In this document: piece after piece, positions 34,343 to 42,804 of the stretch
Numbering within the stretch: the stretch's first letter is position 1
How the letters are laid out: every line of letters starts with the position of its first letter
NCBI GenBank assembly: GCA_049509675.1
Contig: JBEKZQ010000667.1
Coordinates: 1-47,451, forward strand
Direction: 5' to 3'
DNA from: Thermoguttaceae bacterium
GTDB taxonomy: Bacteria; Planctomycetota; Planctomycetia; Pirellulales; Thermoguttaceae
DNA: 47,451 nucleotides
Position numbers and translations under genes: made by a program
Notes under the pieces: model-generated
Databases searched by the model: none
Told to the model about the DNA's origin: nothing
Seen by the model: the letters and a program-made list of their open reading frames with translations, nothing else

Positions 34343-35698
34343 ATGAACATGCACGATCAGGAGCAATCGGCACGGAGGATTTGGAGTCGAGAGTCGGAGA
34401 GGGCAAAGGGGACAGTCCCAGTTTCGTCGAACGAAACTTGGGACAGTCCCCGCGAACTTTGGCCCGATGCGCGGCTGAGCGACGCCATCAACTGCTTCTT
34501 GGAGCGGCAGCGGCGGCGCGGCAACAAGCCGCGGACCATGGACGATTACCGCCATGCCCTGTGGGCCTACGTCCGCTACGCCGGCGGCGACTTTCCGGTA
34601 CGCGAGCTGAGGCGCGACGATCCGGTGAACTTCCTGGCCTGGCTGTCAGAGCAACGGATCGCGAACCACAAGCCGCACACGCTGCCCGCCGAATTTTCCA
34701 CGCCGGCCATCACACGGTTTTGCGATCCGAAGTCGGCCCCGGAGACCATGCCCGAGAAGGGGCTGCGCGAGGAGCACACGCTGGGGCACGTGATGCGGCA
34801 GGTCTTGCCGTTCTTCCGCTGGCTGCAGAGCCAGGGCGTGGGGCTGGACTGCGAGATCCCGTCCGACGAAAAGCCCTGCCTGGCCCTCCCCCCGCCGATC
34901 GCGCCGGAGCTCGAGGACGTCTTGGGCTGGTGGGTCCACGCGCTCACGGCCCCGGGCCTGGCGATGGTCGTCGCCGGCCGACCCGGCGGCGACGGCCCGC
35001 GTCTGCGGCCGATCGGCCGGGCGCTGCGCCGCCGGGCCGTGCTGACGCAAGCCTACTGCCTCTTGACCGGCATGCGGCTGGGCGAACTGCTGGCGGCCCG
35101 CCTGGTCGATTGCCAGGGGGCATGGCTCTTGATCCGCGAATCGAAAACCAACGCCCCCAGAATCATCTACCAGAACCCGCAGGCCCTGGGGATCGCGGCC
35201 GCATTGCGGCGGCCCGACTCGGGGCAACTGGAGTTGTTTTGCGATCCCGAGCCGGGGCCCTTGGATCGGGTCTGCGGCTGGGCGTACAGCGAGTGTTATT
35301 GGTGCGCCATCACGCGCGGGCTGGGGCTGCCTCAGAAGAAGCCGCACCAGGCCCTGCGAAGAGCCTGCTCGAACTGGATGCTCTCGCCAGGCGCCGTGCC
35401 GCCGGGCATCGACGGCATCGCCGCGCAGCTCCGCGCGATCGAGTCGGCGCAACTGGGGCATGGCGGCGGGGTGATCGAAAAGTTTTACATGGACGTGCTG
35501 ATGCGGATTCCGGCGGTGCTGGACCGCTTCCTCCTGCCGGACCTGCCGCCGCAACTTTGGATCTGGCCGGCGGCGATCGCGGCCGACTGCTCGCGCCCGG
35601 AACGGCTCTACGAGCAGTGGCGGCGGATCGTGGGCTCCGGCGGCGATCGCCGCGGGCGGCGGCGGGCGCGGCTGGCCGCGCGGGCCGGGGCCGAGTGA
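34343..35698 (+). CDS. int: Tyrosine recombinase / phage integrase (Int1)
   Basis: TGMRLGEL (Arg), ESKTN (Lys), HQALRRAC (His-x-x-Arg), LGHGGG (His), KFYMD (Tyr). N-terminal SAM-like LSDAINCFLERQRRRGNKPRTMDDYRHALWAYV. Confidence 0.85.
   Translation: MNMHDQEQSARRIWSRESERAKGTVPVSSNETWDSPRELWPDARLSDAINCFLERQRRRGNKPRTMDDYRHALWAYVRYAGGDFPVRELRRDDPVNFLAWLSEQRIANHKPHTLPAEFSTPAITRFCDPKSAPETMPEKGLREEHTLGHVMRQVLPFFRWLQSQGVGLDCEIPSDEKPCLALPPPIAPELEDVLGWWVHALTAPGLAMVVAGRPGGDGPRLRPIGRALRRRAVLTQAYCLLTGMRLGELLAARLVDCQGAWLLIRESKTNAPRIIYQNPQALGIAAALRRPDSGQLELFCDPEPGPLDRVCGWAYSECYWCAITRGLGLPQKKPHQALRRACSNWMLSPGAVPPGIDGIAAQLRAIESAQLGHGGGVIEKFYMDVLMRIPAVLDRFLLPDLPPQLWIWPAAIAADCSRPERLYEQWRRIVGSGGDRRGRRRARLAARAGAE
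34407..34450. repeat. 44-bp palindromic element (variant B), in frame in the integrase N-terminal tail
   Basis: ggggacagtcccagtttcgtcgaacgaaacttgggacagtcccc, translated GTVPVSSNETWDSP. Confidence 0.9.
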
Positions 35699-35714
35699 CG
35701 GATTTTGAACGCGA

Positions 35715-35990
35715 GGGGGAAAGCGCGGGGCGGGGACCGTGGGGCGTGGGGCGTTTTCACGCGCCGCGCGCCACGCCTCGCGCCCCCCGATTCAGGCAGA
35801 ATTCGGCCACGGATGAAACACGGACGTCTTGCGGATGGTCTCCTTTCCGCGGGGCAATGCCAGCCGTGTCCGTCCGTGGCCCTTTCGTGGGGCGTGGGGC
35901 GAAAGCGCGCGGGGCGGGGACCGTGGGGCGTGGAGCGTTTTCACGGTCCACGCATGACGCCCCACGCTCCACGATTTTTCCCGCCGAACC
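35715..35990. repeat. Non-coding cluster of GTGGGGC-family arrays, a CACGGATGAAACACGGA unit and a ~45-bp internal direct repeat
   Basis: gaaagcgcggggcggggaccgtggggcgtgg(g/a)gcgttttcacg occurs at about 35715 and about 35895. ccacggatgaaacacgga also occurs at 11149 and 33578. Confidence 0.8.
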
Positions 35991-36120
35991 CGCCGGGCAG
36001 CGCAGAGAGAACCTGGCCTGGGTCCTGGAAGCAGGCGGGCCGCTTGGAGTGTGTCCGCCCTCTGCGCTGCTCGATGGGCTTGGCTGGCGAGAACAGGCGA
36101 ACAGGTGAGGAGGTGAACAG

Positions 36121-36468
36121 GTGAAGGCACAACTTAGGGTCCGGGCGAACCTGATGGTGGAATTGGAGGCCGATCAGCAGAAGGACCTGTTCCGGCTGCT
36201 GGCCAGCGCGCAGGAGGTCTTCGGCGAAGTGCGGTGCGGAAAATGCAAATCCAGCGAGCTAATCTTTCGCGCGCGGAAGAATTCGCAAGGCAACGAGTTT
36301 TTTGAGCTGGTCTGTTCGCGCTGCCGGGCCGTGCTGCAACTGGGCGTGCATAAGGAGGGCGGGACCCTCTTTCCCCGCCGCCACGCGGACAAGGAAGGCG
36401 GCGAAAAGGAGTGGCTGCCCGATAACGGCTGGATGCGCTGGGACGCGGAAACGGAAAGGATGGTCTGA
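36121..36468 (+). CDS. Zinc-ribbon protein of unknown function
   Basis: Two CxxC pairs (CGKCKS ... CSRCRA). GTG at 36121 or ATG at 36154. Confidence 0.45.
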   Translation: MKAQLRVRANLMVELEADQQKDLFRLLASAQEVFGEVRCGKCKSSELIFRARKNSQGNEFFELVCSRCRAVLQLGVHKEGGTLFPRRHADKEGGEKEWLPDNGWMRWDAETERMV

Positions 36469-36479
36469 AGCAGTTTGAA

Positions 36480-36552
36480 GTGTTCAGTGATTCAGTGTTC
36501 AGCAAGAGCCGGAAATGCACAATTGAAAACTGAACACTGAAAACTGAACACT
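36480..36552. repeat. Inverted tandem-repeat hairpin, TTTTCAG/CTGAAAA (CTGAACA) family
   Basis: gtgttcagtgattcagtgttcag / ttgaaaactgaacactgaaaactgaacact. Confidence 0.9.
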
Positions 36553-36643
36553 ATGCAATAGCGGCGTCGGCCGTCGCGAGGGCTGCGGGACATAGGCCGG
36601 GCCGGAGCGGGCCGGCGCCGCGTGGCGGCAGAAGAGGGAAGTT

Positions 36644-36676
36644 AGGAGTCAGGAGTCAGGAGCCAGGGAGCAAGGA
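36644..36676 (+). promoter_or_regulatory. Tandem AGGAG/GGA heptamer array in the leader of the replication-initiator gene (candidate CsrA-binding / multi-SD leader)
   Basis: AGGAGTC AGGAGTC AGGAGCC AGGGAGC AAGGAAC, ending 7 nt before the ATG at 36684. Confidence 0.45.
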
Positions 36677-36683
36677 ACGCATC

Positions 36684-38018
36684 ATGGCGAAGAAACAAAT
36701 CGACCCGGGCCCACTGGAACACATCTGGCGGGGCTCGGAGGCCGACGAGGCGGCGGTCAGGCGTTACGCCGCCATCAAATTCTGCGAGCGCGTGGAAGTG
36801 CTCAATCGCCTGCTGCTGACCACCGAGGCGCGAAAGGCCCACCTCTCGGTGCTGCTGTGGCTGCACGCGGCGGACGCCATGTCGGTGCCGGTGGAGGTCG
36901 ACGCGGCCGCCATCGGCGACTCGGCCTCGGTCCGCCTGGGGCAGCGTGCGGTCCAGAGCGCGATCAAGTTCTGGGCCGACCTCGGCATCTTGATTTTGGA
37001 GCCGCGGTACGATAGGAATGGGAGACGCCTGCCTCGCTGCGCACGACTGGTCTGGGAGGCCGTTCTCGCAGTCGCGGGTCAAGCTGGCGCGGCCGTGCAT
37101 CAGCTTCCCAGCGCGGGGCAGATGGTAGCCGAGGACGAGGGCCGGCCGGCCGTGGCCGGCCCTCGTCATTTGGCCGGTCAAAGCGGGCGCGACTCGGCCC
37201 GCGCGGACCAGTATAACGGGCCGTTTGGGGCCGCCGAAGAGCAGTCGTTTTCGATGCCACCCGAAGGTGGAGACCTTGGCGCACAGCCGCCGGACCCTGG
37301 CGCACAAAATTTACCCGAACGAGGGGACATTGGCGCACCTGTGCGCCACCCTGGCGCACACGTGCGCCAGCCTGGCGCACCCACGTGCAACCTTTCCATC
37401 CGCAAGGGGGATACTGGCGCACAAAACGACCTGCTCCACGTGGCGCATGCCTGGAGATCGTGGACGCGCGTGCGCGCGGCCGCGCACGGTCTTCAGTCTG
37501 AAGAGTCTGAAGACGTCGTCGTCGACAGAGATCAGATCCGGAGAGCCCGGCGCACAGAAGTGCGGAATCTGGCCGCCGAGGCGGCCACAATCGTCCACAT
37601 GCGGCTCACCGATCCGCAGGTCCACCGCACGCTCACCGCCGATGCCCTCGCGGCCTTGCTGCTCTTCGATCGCGCGTGGCTGATCGAGTCGGCGCGAAAG
37701 GTCGGCGCGCAGATGCGCGGGGGCGACGTGCGGAAGCCTTTGGGCCTGTTGCAGGCCGTGCTGATGGAGGCCACCTGCGAGCGCGGCGGCATGGAGGCGA
37801 TCGCCGGCAGGGCCGAGTGGAAGAGCGCTTTCGCGCAGGTGATGACGCCGCTGGAACTGCACGCCGAGCGGCACTATCCGCCGCCGGCCTCTCCAGCGCC
37901 GCCATCTCCGCCGCCGGCCGAGCGGCCGGACACGCCGGAGGAAATCGCGGAGCTCAAGCGGGCGATCAAAGAACAGCGCGACCACCTGCGGCGGACCGCC
38001 GCGGCCAGGCCGCCGTAG
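36684..38018 (+). CDS. Putative replication initiator (lambda O-like organisation: iterons inside the gene)
   Basis: N-terminal winged-helix-like region. Central low-complexity segment encoded by the iteron cluster at 37277-37422. No helicase/primase motifs. Confidence 0.45.
   Translation: MAKKQIDPGPLEHIWRGSEADEAAVRRYAAIKFCERVEVLNRLLLTTEARKAHLSVLLWLHAADAMSVPVEVDAAAIGDSASVRLGQRAVQSAIKFWADLGILILEPRYDRNGRRLPRCARLVWEAVLAVAGQAGAAVHQLPSAGQMVAEDEGRPAVAGPRHLAGQSGRDSARADQYNGPFGAAEEQSFSMPPEGGDLGAQPPDPGAQNLPERGDIGAPVRHPGAHVRQPGAPTCNLSIRKGDTGAQNDLLHVAHAWRSWTRVRAAAHGLQSEESEDVVVDRDQIRRARRTEVRNLAAEAATIVHMRLTDPQVHRTLTADALAALLLFDRAWLIESARKVGAQMRGGDVRKPLGLLQAVLMEATCERGGMEAIAGRAEWKSAFAQVMTPLELHAERHYPPPASPAPPSPPPAERPDTPEEIAELKRAIKEQRDHLRRTAAARPP
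37277..37422. promoter_or_regulatory. Iteron cluster / candidate origin: 8 copies of TGGCGCAC (6 direct, 2 inverted)
   Basis: Direct copies start at 37277, 37298, 37331, 37352, 37373, 37415 (spacings 21, 33, 21, 21, 42 nt). Inverted GTGCGCCA at 37341 and 37362 create 18-bp palindromes. Confidence 0.6.
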
Positions 38019-38182
38019 CTAAGCAAGGTCGACGCAGGCCGGCGGGCTCGTAGCTCCGCCGGCCGACGCCCCGCGGATCGAAGCCGTCTCCGCGCCGCAT
38101 ACCCTGGCGGCGCGGGGACGGGGGGCGGGGCGGGGACAGAGCAGGTGATTTTTGAGCAGGTGAACAGGTGAAACGCAATGGG

Positions 38183-38227
38183 GCCGCGTAGCGGCCGTTG
38201 ATGATAGCCGTGGGTTTCAACCCACGG
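38183..38227 (-). repeat. REP/MITE-like unit A' (solo inverted copy)
   Basis: gccgcgtagcggccgttgatgatagccgtgggtttcaacccacgg. Confidence 0.85.
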
Positions 38228-38249
38228 ACAATGAAGGAGGCCAAAAGTC

Positions 38250-38660
38250 ATGAAAAGGGGAGGCGTATTTCGCAAGCGGCCGCTGCCGGCGGCCGAGGTG
38301 GGCGGCGTGAAGCGTGGAGCGGGGACCGTGGATCGTGGGGCGACCGCACGCCGCCGCCGGCCGTCGGGCGGCCTGGCCCGACTGAAAGCCAAGACATTGC
38401 CCATGCGCAAATCGCAGGCGGCGGCCGAGCAGGACCTGGCCCGCTGGGCATTGCACAAGCGATGGGATGTCGTGCAGTCGGCCTATATCGATGGCAGGCC
38501 GGTAGCCGGCAGTGAGACGACACCGCCCAAACGTGAAACGAAAGGGGCAAAATCTGAAACGAAAGGGGCAAAATCTGAAACGGTAGCCGTGGCCGAGGAC
38601 CAAGGCGGCAGCGCGTGCGCGGCCCGGATCGAGCGCCAAAAGGTGAGGACGCAAACATGA
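38250..38660 (+). CDS. Hypothetical protein sharing its first 32 aa with ParB
   Basis: GAAGGAGG 8 nt upstream of the ATG. MKRGGVFRKRPLPAAEVGGVKRGAGTVDRGAT matches the ParB N-terminus. Contains the 21-bp tandem repeat. Confidence 0.55.
   Translation: MKRGGVFRKRPLPAAEVGGVKRGAGTVDRGATARRRRPSGGLARLKAKTLPMRKSQAAAEQDLARWALHKRWDVVQSAYIDGRPVAGSETTPPKRETKGAKSETKGAKSETVAVAEDQGGSACAARIERQKVRTQT
38534..38583 (+). repeat. 21-bp tandem repeat x2.4 (tgaaacgaaaggggcaaaatc)
   Basis: Units at 38534-38554 and 38555-38575, partial unit 38576-38583. Encodes ETKGAKS twice. Confidence 0.9.
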
Positions 38661-38902
38661 GCGTGCCGGTGGAAACGATCTGTGCCGAGCGGCTGGAGTC
38701 CTGGAAACAGCGGCTTATCGAAAACCACTCCACGCCGGCGCTGCTGATGGGCGTGGGGCATGACGAACATGCGGGCGAATTGCACCTGGTCGTGTGCGAG
38801 GAGCTCTCGCTGGAGGATCTCCAAGCACTGACGTGTTTTCTCTACCAGAAACTCGTGGTGGACAAGTGCCTGGCGGTGGCCGCGGAGCATGGCGATGGCT
38901 GA
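38657..38902 (+). CDS. Hypothetical protein (81 aa)
   Basis: ATG overlaps the upstream stop (ATGA). MSVPVETICAERLESWKQRLIENHSTPALLMGVGHDEHAGELHLVVCEE... Confidence 0.5.
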   Translation: MSVPVETICAERLESWKQRLIENHSTPALLMGVGHDEHAGELHLVVCEELSLEDLQALTCFLYQKLVVDKCLAVAAEHGDG

Positions 38903-39080
38903 GCCGTTCGAGGTTCACCGGGGAGACTACCTGCCATGTCCGCCGGCTGATTTGGATCGGCGCGTGAAATGGCCGCCGCTGGAGCGCGGCCTGCGTGAAG
39001 TGCGTTTACTTTTCAAGAAGGATGCCAAGAACCATGAAATCACGATCGGTGTTTCGGAAACGACCGTTGCCGGCGGCTGA
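38889..39080 (+). CDS. Hypothetical small protein; overlaps both neighbours
   Basis: ATG overlaps the upstream gene by 14 nt. The 3' end overlaps the parB start by 47 nt in another frame. Confidence 0.3.
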   Translation: MAMAEPFEVHRGDYLPCPPADLDRRVKWPPLERGLREVRLLFKKDAKNHEITIGVSETTVAGG

Positions 39081-41055
39081 GGTGGGCGGCGTGAAGCGTG
39101 GAGCGGGGACCGTGGATCGTGGGGCGACGAAAGGCGCGCCGCGAGCCGTCGGCACGGGAACGCAGACGCTGGGCGGCGCGCTGGCGGACCCGGACGCGGA
39201 CGGCACGCTCAGCGGCGCGGCGTGGCCGTCGATGGCCAAGGCCATGCGGACGGCCCTGGCCGAGAAGCTCACGAGGATCTACGACATGCCGGTGCCGTCG
39301 CACGTCGGCGCGTTCTGCGCCCAGGCGGTCGCGGCGATCGGCGCGGACGAAGCCCTCACCGCCGCGCAGGCCGCGCTGGCGATCCAGTACGTCCAGCAGT
39401 ACTTGCGGGAGGATCTCAGATCGGAAACTCCGGATCGCGAAACCAAAACTTTCTCCGCCCGCGCGCCCGACGCGAAGGCGGCTCGGGCCGCGGCGGCCGG
39501 ACTGCTGGAGGCCGCCGGCGAAGCCGGTGGCACGCACGCTGCGCCCGAGCGCGAGATCCCGCTGGCGGCGATCGCCGACAGCCCCTACCAGCTCCGCGAG
39601 GCCGGCGACGCGGAGCCGGACGAGGACCTGCAGGGCCTGCGCGACACGCTCCTGAGCCACGGCCTGCTGCAGGCGGTGGTCGTGCGGCCGATCGGCGACC
39701 CGAGCCGCGGCCGCTACGAACTGCTGGCCGGGCACCGCCGCTGCGCCGCCGCCAGGCTGGCCGGCTGGACCGCCATCCGGGCCCGCATCGTGGAGGCCGA
39801 CGACGGCCAGGCCGAGGAGATCGTGGTGATCGAGAACCTGCTGCGGAAGGACCTCTCGGCCATCGAGGAGGCCCGCGGCTTCCGCGCGATCCTCAGCCGG
39901 CCCGGCGCGCCGACCCAGGAGGCTCTGGCGGCCAGGCTGGGGCTCAGCCAGGGCCACATCAGCAACCGCCTGCGATTGTTGCGGCTGCCGAAGCCGTTCC
40001 AGGAGGCGGTCATTTCGGGCGAAATATCGGCCTTCCAGGCCCGCGACCTGGTGCGCGTGGCCGACATGCCGGCGGTGGTCGAGGAGATCCTCGATCGCCA
40101 CAAGGACATGAAAAAATGGCATCCGGGCAGCACCGTCGCCGACGTCCTGAGCCTGGAAGAGGGCGGCATCAATGACTACATCGACGATGGCACGCGGCCC
40201 ATGGGCGGGACGGTGTACATCACCGAAATCGGCAGAGCGTGCCCCATTTTCGCGCCGACGGAAGAGCAGCGGCAGAAGCTCGACATCCGCGAGTTCCCCG
40301 CCGGCCGCGGCAGCAAGAAGACCGAGGAGCGGGCCTGCAACGTGAAGCTCTGGGACGAGCTGCAGGAGGCGCACCGCGCCGCCCTGATCGCCCGCCGCAA
40401 GCAGCGGCAGGACGGCGCCGGCAAGGCCGGCGGCGCCCCGGGCAATGGCCGGCCGCTCACCGCCGCGGAGCAGAAGCAGGCGGCCGCGGATGAAAAGGCC
40501 CGCAAGGCCAAGACCCGCGAGCAGCTCGCCCGCCGCCGCAAGTCGCTGCTGGTGCAGCGGCTCAAGCACCTGGTCGCGGGCCGCGTGCTGGACCCGGCCA
40601 CGACGGACGAGGAACTGATCGAACTGCTTTCGATTGCGGCCCTCAAGGGCTGGGCCGAAGGCTACAAGGCCCGCGACGTCGATAAAGCGCTCACGAGGCT
40701 CAAGGGCGCTTCCGTCCGCGAACGGGCGCAGCGCCTGCTGGCCGAGTGCTTTTGGAACTCGCACGATGGCCGGCCGGCGGAAATCGTGTGGGAGAACTCC
40801 GGCCAGGTCCAAAGGGTCGCGCGGATTTTGGGCCTGGATCCGGTGGCCGCCTGGAAGGCGGACCAGCTCGGGCCGCTCACGGCCGCCTGGTGGGGCGCGC
40901 ACGAGAAGAGCGAACTGGCGGCCATCGCGCAGACCAGGGGGCTCTGTGTGAGCCCCGATACGAAGAAGTCGGCCCTCATAAGCTGGCTCTCAGCCCGATC
41001 GCTCCCGCCGCCGCCGGGGCTGGCCCTGGGCAAGAAAGGCGATCGCCGATGCTGA
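39034..41055 (+). CDS. parB: ParB/Spo0J-family protein (ParB N-terminal domain + HTH), long C-terminal extension
   Basis: LLQAVVVRPIGD...YELLAGHRRCAAARLAGW (GxRR box), VIENLLRKDLSAIEEA, HTH TQEALAARLGLSQGHISNRLRLLRLP. Start supported by synonymous-only divergence of the shared leader. Confidence 0.8.
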   Translation: MKSRSVFRKRPLPAAEVGGVKRGAGTVDRGATKGAPRAVGTGTQTLGGALADPDADGTLSGAAWPSMAKAMRTALAEKLTRIYDMPVPSHVGAFCAQAVAAIGADEALTAAQAALAIQYVQQYLREDLRSETPDRETKTFSARAPDAKAARAAAAGLLEAAGEAGGTHAAPEREIPLAAIADSPYQLREAGDAEPDEDLQGLRDTLLSHGLLQAVVVRPIGDPSRGRYELLAGHRRCAAARLAGWTAIRARIVEADDGQAEEIVVIENLLRKDLSAIEEARGFRAILSRPGAPTQEALAARLGLSQGHISNRLRLLRLPKPFQEAVISGEISAFQARDLVRVADMPAVVEEILDRHKDMKKWHPGSTVADVLSLEEGGINDYIDDGTRPMGGTVYITEIGRACPIFAPTEEQRQKLDIREFPAGRGSKKTEERACNVKLWDELQEAHRAALIARRKQRQDGAGKAGGAPGNGRPLTAAEQKQAAADEKARKAKTREQLARRRKSLLVQRLKHLVAGRVLDPATTDEELIELLSIAALKGWAEGYKARDVDKALTRLKGASVRERAQRLLAECFWNSHDGRPAEIVWENSGQVQRVARILGLDPVAAWKADQLGPLTAAWWGAHEKSELAAIAQTRGLCVSPDTKKSALISWLSARSLPPPPGLALGKKGDRRC

Positions 41056-41291
41056 CCATCCACCAGGAAGCTGCGCTGCGCTGGCTGCTCTCGCCATGCA
41101 GGGAGCATGGCGGCACCGTCGGCCGGCGGCTGGCGCGCTACATGCCACATCACGCGACGACTGAGGGAGCGATGAATTTTCGCGAGGCATGGGAGGCGCT
41201 CATGGCGCTGGCCGAGGAGCACCGCGAGGAAATCCTTTTCGGCCGGGAGTTCGCCGTAGGCCAGGCGGTCTGGCCGCGTAGCGGCCGTTGA
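41049..41291 (+). CDS. Hypothetical protein (80 aa)
   Basis: ATG overlaps the parB stop (ATGCTGA). The C-terminus runs into REP unit A'. Confidence 0.4.
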   Translation: MLTIHQEAALRWLLSPCREHGGTVGRRLARYMPHHATTEGAMNFREAWEALMALAEEHREEILFGREFAVGQAVWPRSGR

Positions 41292-41462
41292 TGGTAGCCG
41301 TGGGTTTGAATCCCACGGGCCGGGCGCGACGCGCCCCGGCGCCGCATTCCGTCGCGTCGCGACGGCCGGACATCAGGCGTCGCTACGCGACGCATCATCG
41401 CGCGCGGCGCGTCCACCGTGGGTTGAAGCCCACGGCTACCGGCGGGCCATCGCTACGCGATT
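41273..41462. repeat. Composite REP/MITE-like element upstream of Int2
   Basis: A' 41273-41318, internal hairpins (ccgtcgcgtcgcgacgg, gcgtcgctacgcgacgc), A 41416-41462. Followed by the 10-bp-stem hairpin gagaaccggattgatagtccggttctc. Confidence 0.85.
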
Positions 41463-41567
41463 TCGGGCCGAAAGCGGGCCTGCCGAGAACCGGATTGATA
41501 GTCCGGTTCTCAGCGGGGCCTTTTCCAGCGCATAATTCCCTGGGGCTCTATCACGGGGAAAATCATC

Positions 41568-42797
41568 ATGCGGATCGCATTTTGGAAGCGAGAGGAAGAG
41601 ACAGATCACCACGAACCACACGAATCACGCGAATCGGGCGCGGCACTGGCCGGGCCGGCGGCGCCGGACAGTACCAATATAATTTCAGCGCCCAACTGCG
41701 CACAAAGCCAGGCGGGCCGTCGGCTGTCGGAGGTTGTGACCCAGTTCTTGGCCCGGCTGGCGGAACTGGGTCGGTCGCCGCGGACCATCAGCGATTACCG
41801 CAGCGCGCTCTGGCTGCTCTTCGAGCATCTCGGTGCGGACCCGGCCATCGAGGCGCTACCCAAAAACCTGCCGACGCGATTCACGGCCTGGCTGCGCAGT
41901 ACTGCGGCGGCGCCGTGGCAGCCGGGGACGCTGCCCGGGGGCTTCGCGCCGGCGGAGGTGGCCCGCTTCCTGGAGACGCCCTCGACGCCGCAGACGCGGC
42001 GCAAGGGGGGCAAACGCGAGCCGCACACGATTGGGCACCAGTTGCGGGGCTGCATGCCCGTATTCAAGCTGCTGGGGCTGGATTGCGAGATCCCCCAAAA
42101 AATCGCGCCTAACCTGGCGTTGCCGCCGGCCGCGGTCCCGGACCGGCACCAGATCGGCCAATGGTGGACGACCGTGCTGTGGAGCAGCCGGTCGACCGTG
42201 GCCGCCGGCCTGCGCCGTCGCGTAGTCCTGGCCCAGGCGATCGTGGTGCTGGTCGGGCTGCGCCTGGGCGAACTGTTGCGGGCCCGGGCCGGCGACGTGG
42301 AAGGAAACTGGCTGCTCGTGCGGCAGAGCAAGACCAACCGCCCGCGGATCGTCTATCTATGCCCGGCGGCACTAGGCCTGGTCCGGGCCTTGCACGAGCC
42401 GGCCGCCGACGAACGCGATTTGCTTGCCGGCAGGCGGCTTTTCGCGGAGCGGTTGATCGGCTGGCCGTTCTCGCGCTCGGCCTGGCTGGACTTGGTCCGC
42501 GAATCCGGGTTGCGGGAAAAGCGCCCGCACCAGGCCATGCGGCAATACTGCTGCACCCGGCTCTTCAATATCAATCCCACGGCCGAGGCGACGCAGCTCG
42601 GCCACGGGATCGGCGTCGTGCCCAAGTATTACCTGGACGTGCTGCGGTTACTGCCGGACATCATGCGCGACTGGCATTGGCCGGCGATCACCATGCGGGC
42701 CAAGGGACGGCGGTTCGCGTGGCCGGAGCGCATCGCGGCCGGCGACGAGCATCCCCGGCGGCTGTACCGGGAATTTAGGCGGATCGTGATGGCGTGA
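41568..42797 (+). CDS. Tyrosine recombinase (Int2), paralogue of Int1
   Basis: VGLRLGELL, QSKTN, HQAMRQYC, LGHGIG, KYYLD. Shares LDCEIP...LALPP and the SAM-like RTISDYRSALWLLFEHLG with Int1. Confidence 0.8.
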   Translation: MRIAFWKREEETDHHEPHESRESGAALAGPAAPDSTNIISAPNCAQSQAGRRLSEVVTQFLARLAELGRSPRTISDYRSALWLLFEHLGADPAIEALPKNLPTRFTAWLRSTAAAPWQPGTLPGGFAPAEVARFLETPSTPQTRRKGGKREPHTIGHQLRGCMPVFKLLGLDCEIPQKIAPNLALPPAAVPDRHQIGQWWTTVLWSSRSTVAAGLRRRVVLAQAIVVLVGLRLGELLRARAGDVEGNWLLVRQSKTNRPRIVYLCPAALGLVRALHEPAADERDLLAGRRLFAERLIGWPFSRSAWLDLVRESGLREKRPHQAMRQYCCTRLFNINPTAEATQLGHGIGVVPKYYLDVLRLLPDIMRDWHWPAITMRAKGRRFAWPERIAAGDEHPRRLYREFRRIVMA

Positions 42798-42804
42798 CGC
42801 ATTG

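Noticed and set aside
33703-36108. 801-aa + strand ORF overlapping the integrase region
   Set aside because: It is in a different frame from the integrase, which shows the full tyrosine-recombinase motif set. Its translation is Arg/Ala/Gly/Pro-rich and runs straight through repeat arrays and non-coding hairpins.
36684-41055. Complete parABS partition locus
   Set aside because: I found no ORF with a deviant Walker A (KGGxGK[ST]) ParA signature near parB or elsewhere. Only ParB is supported.
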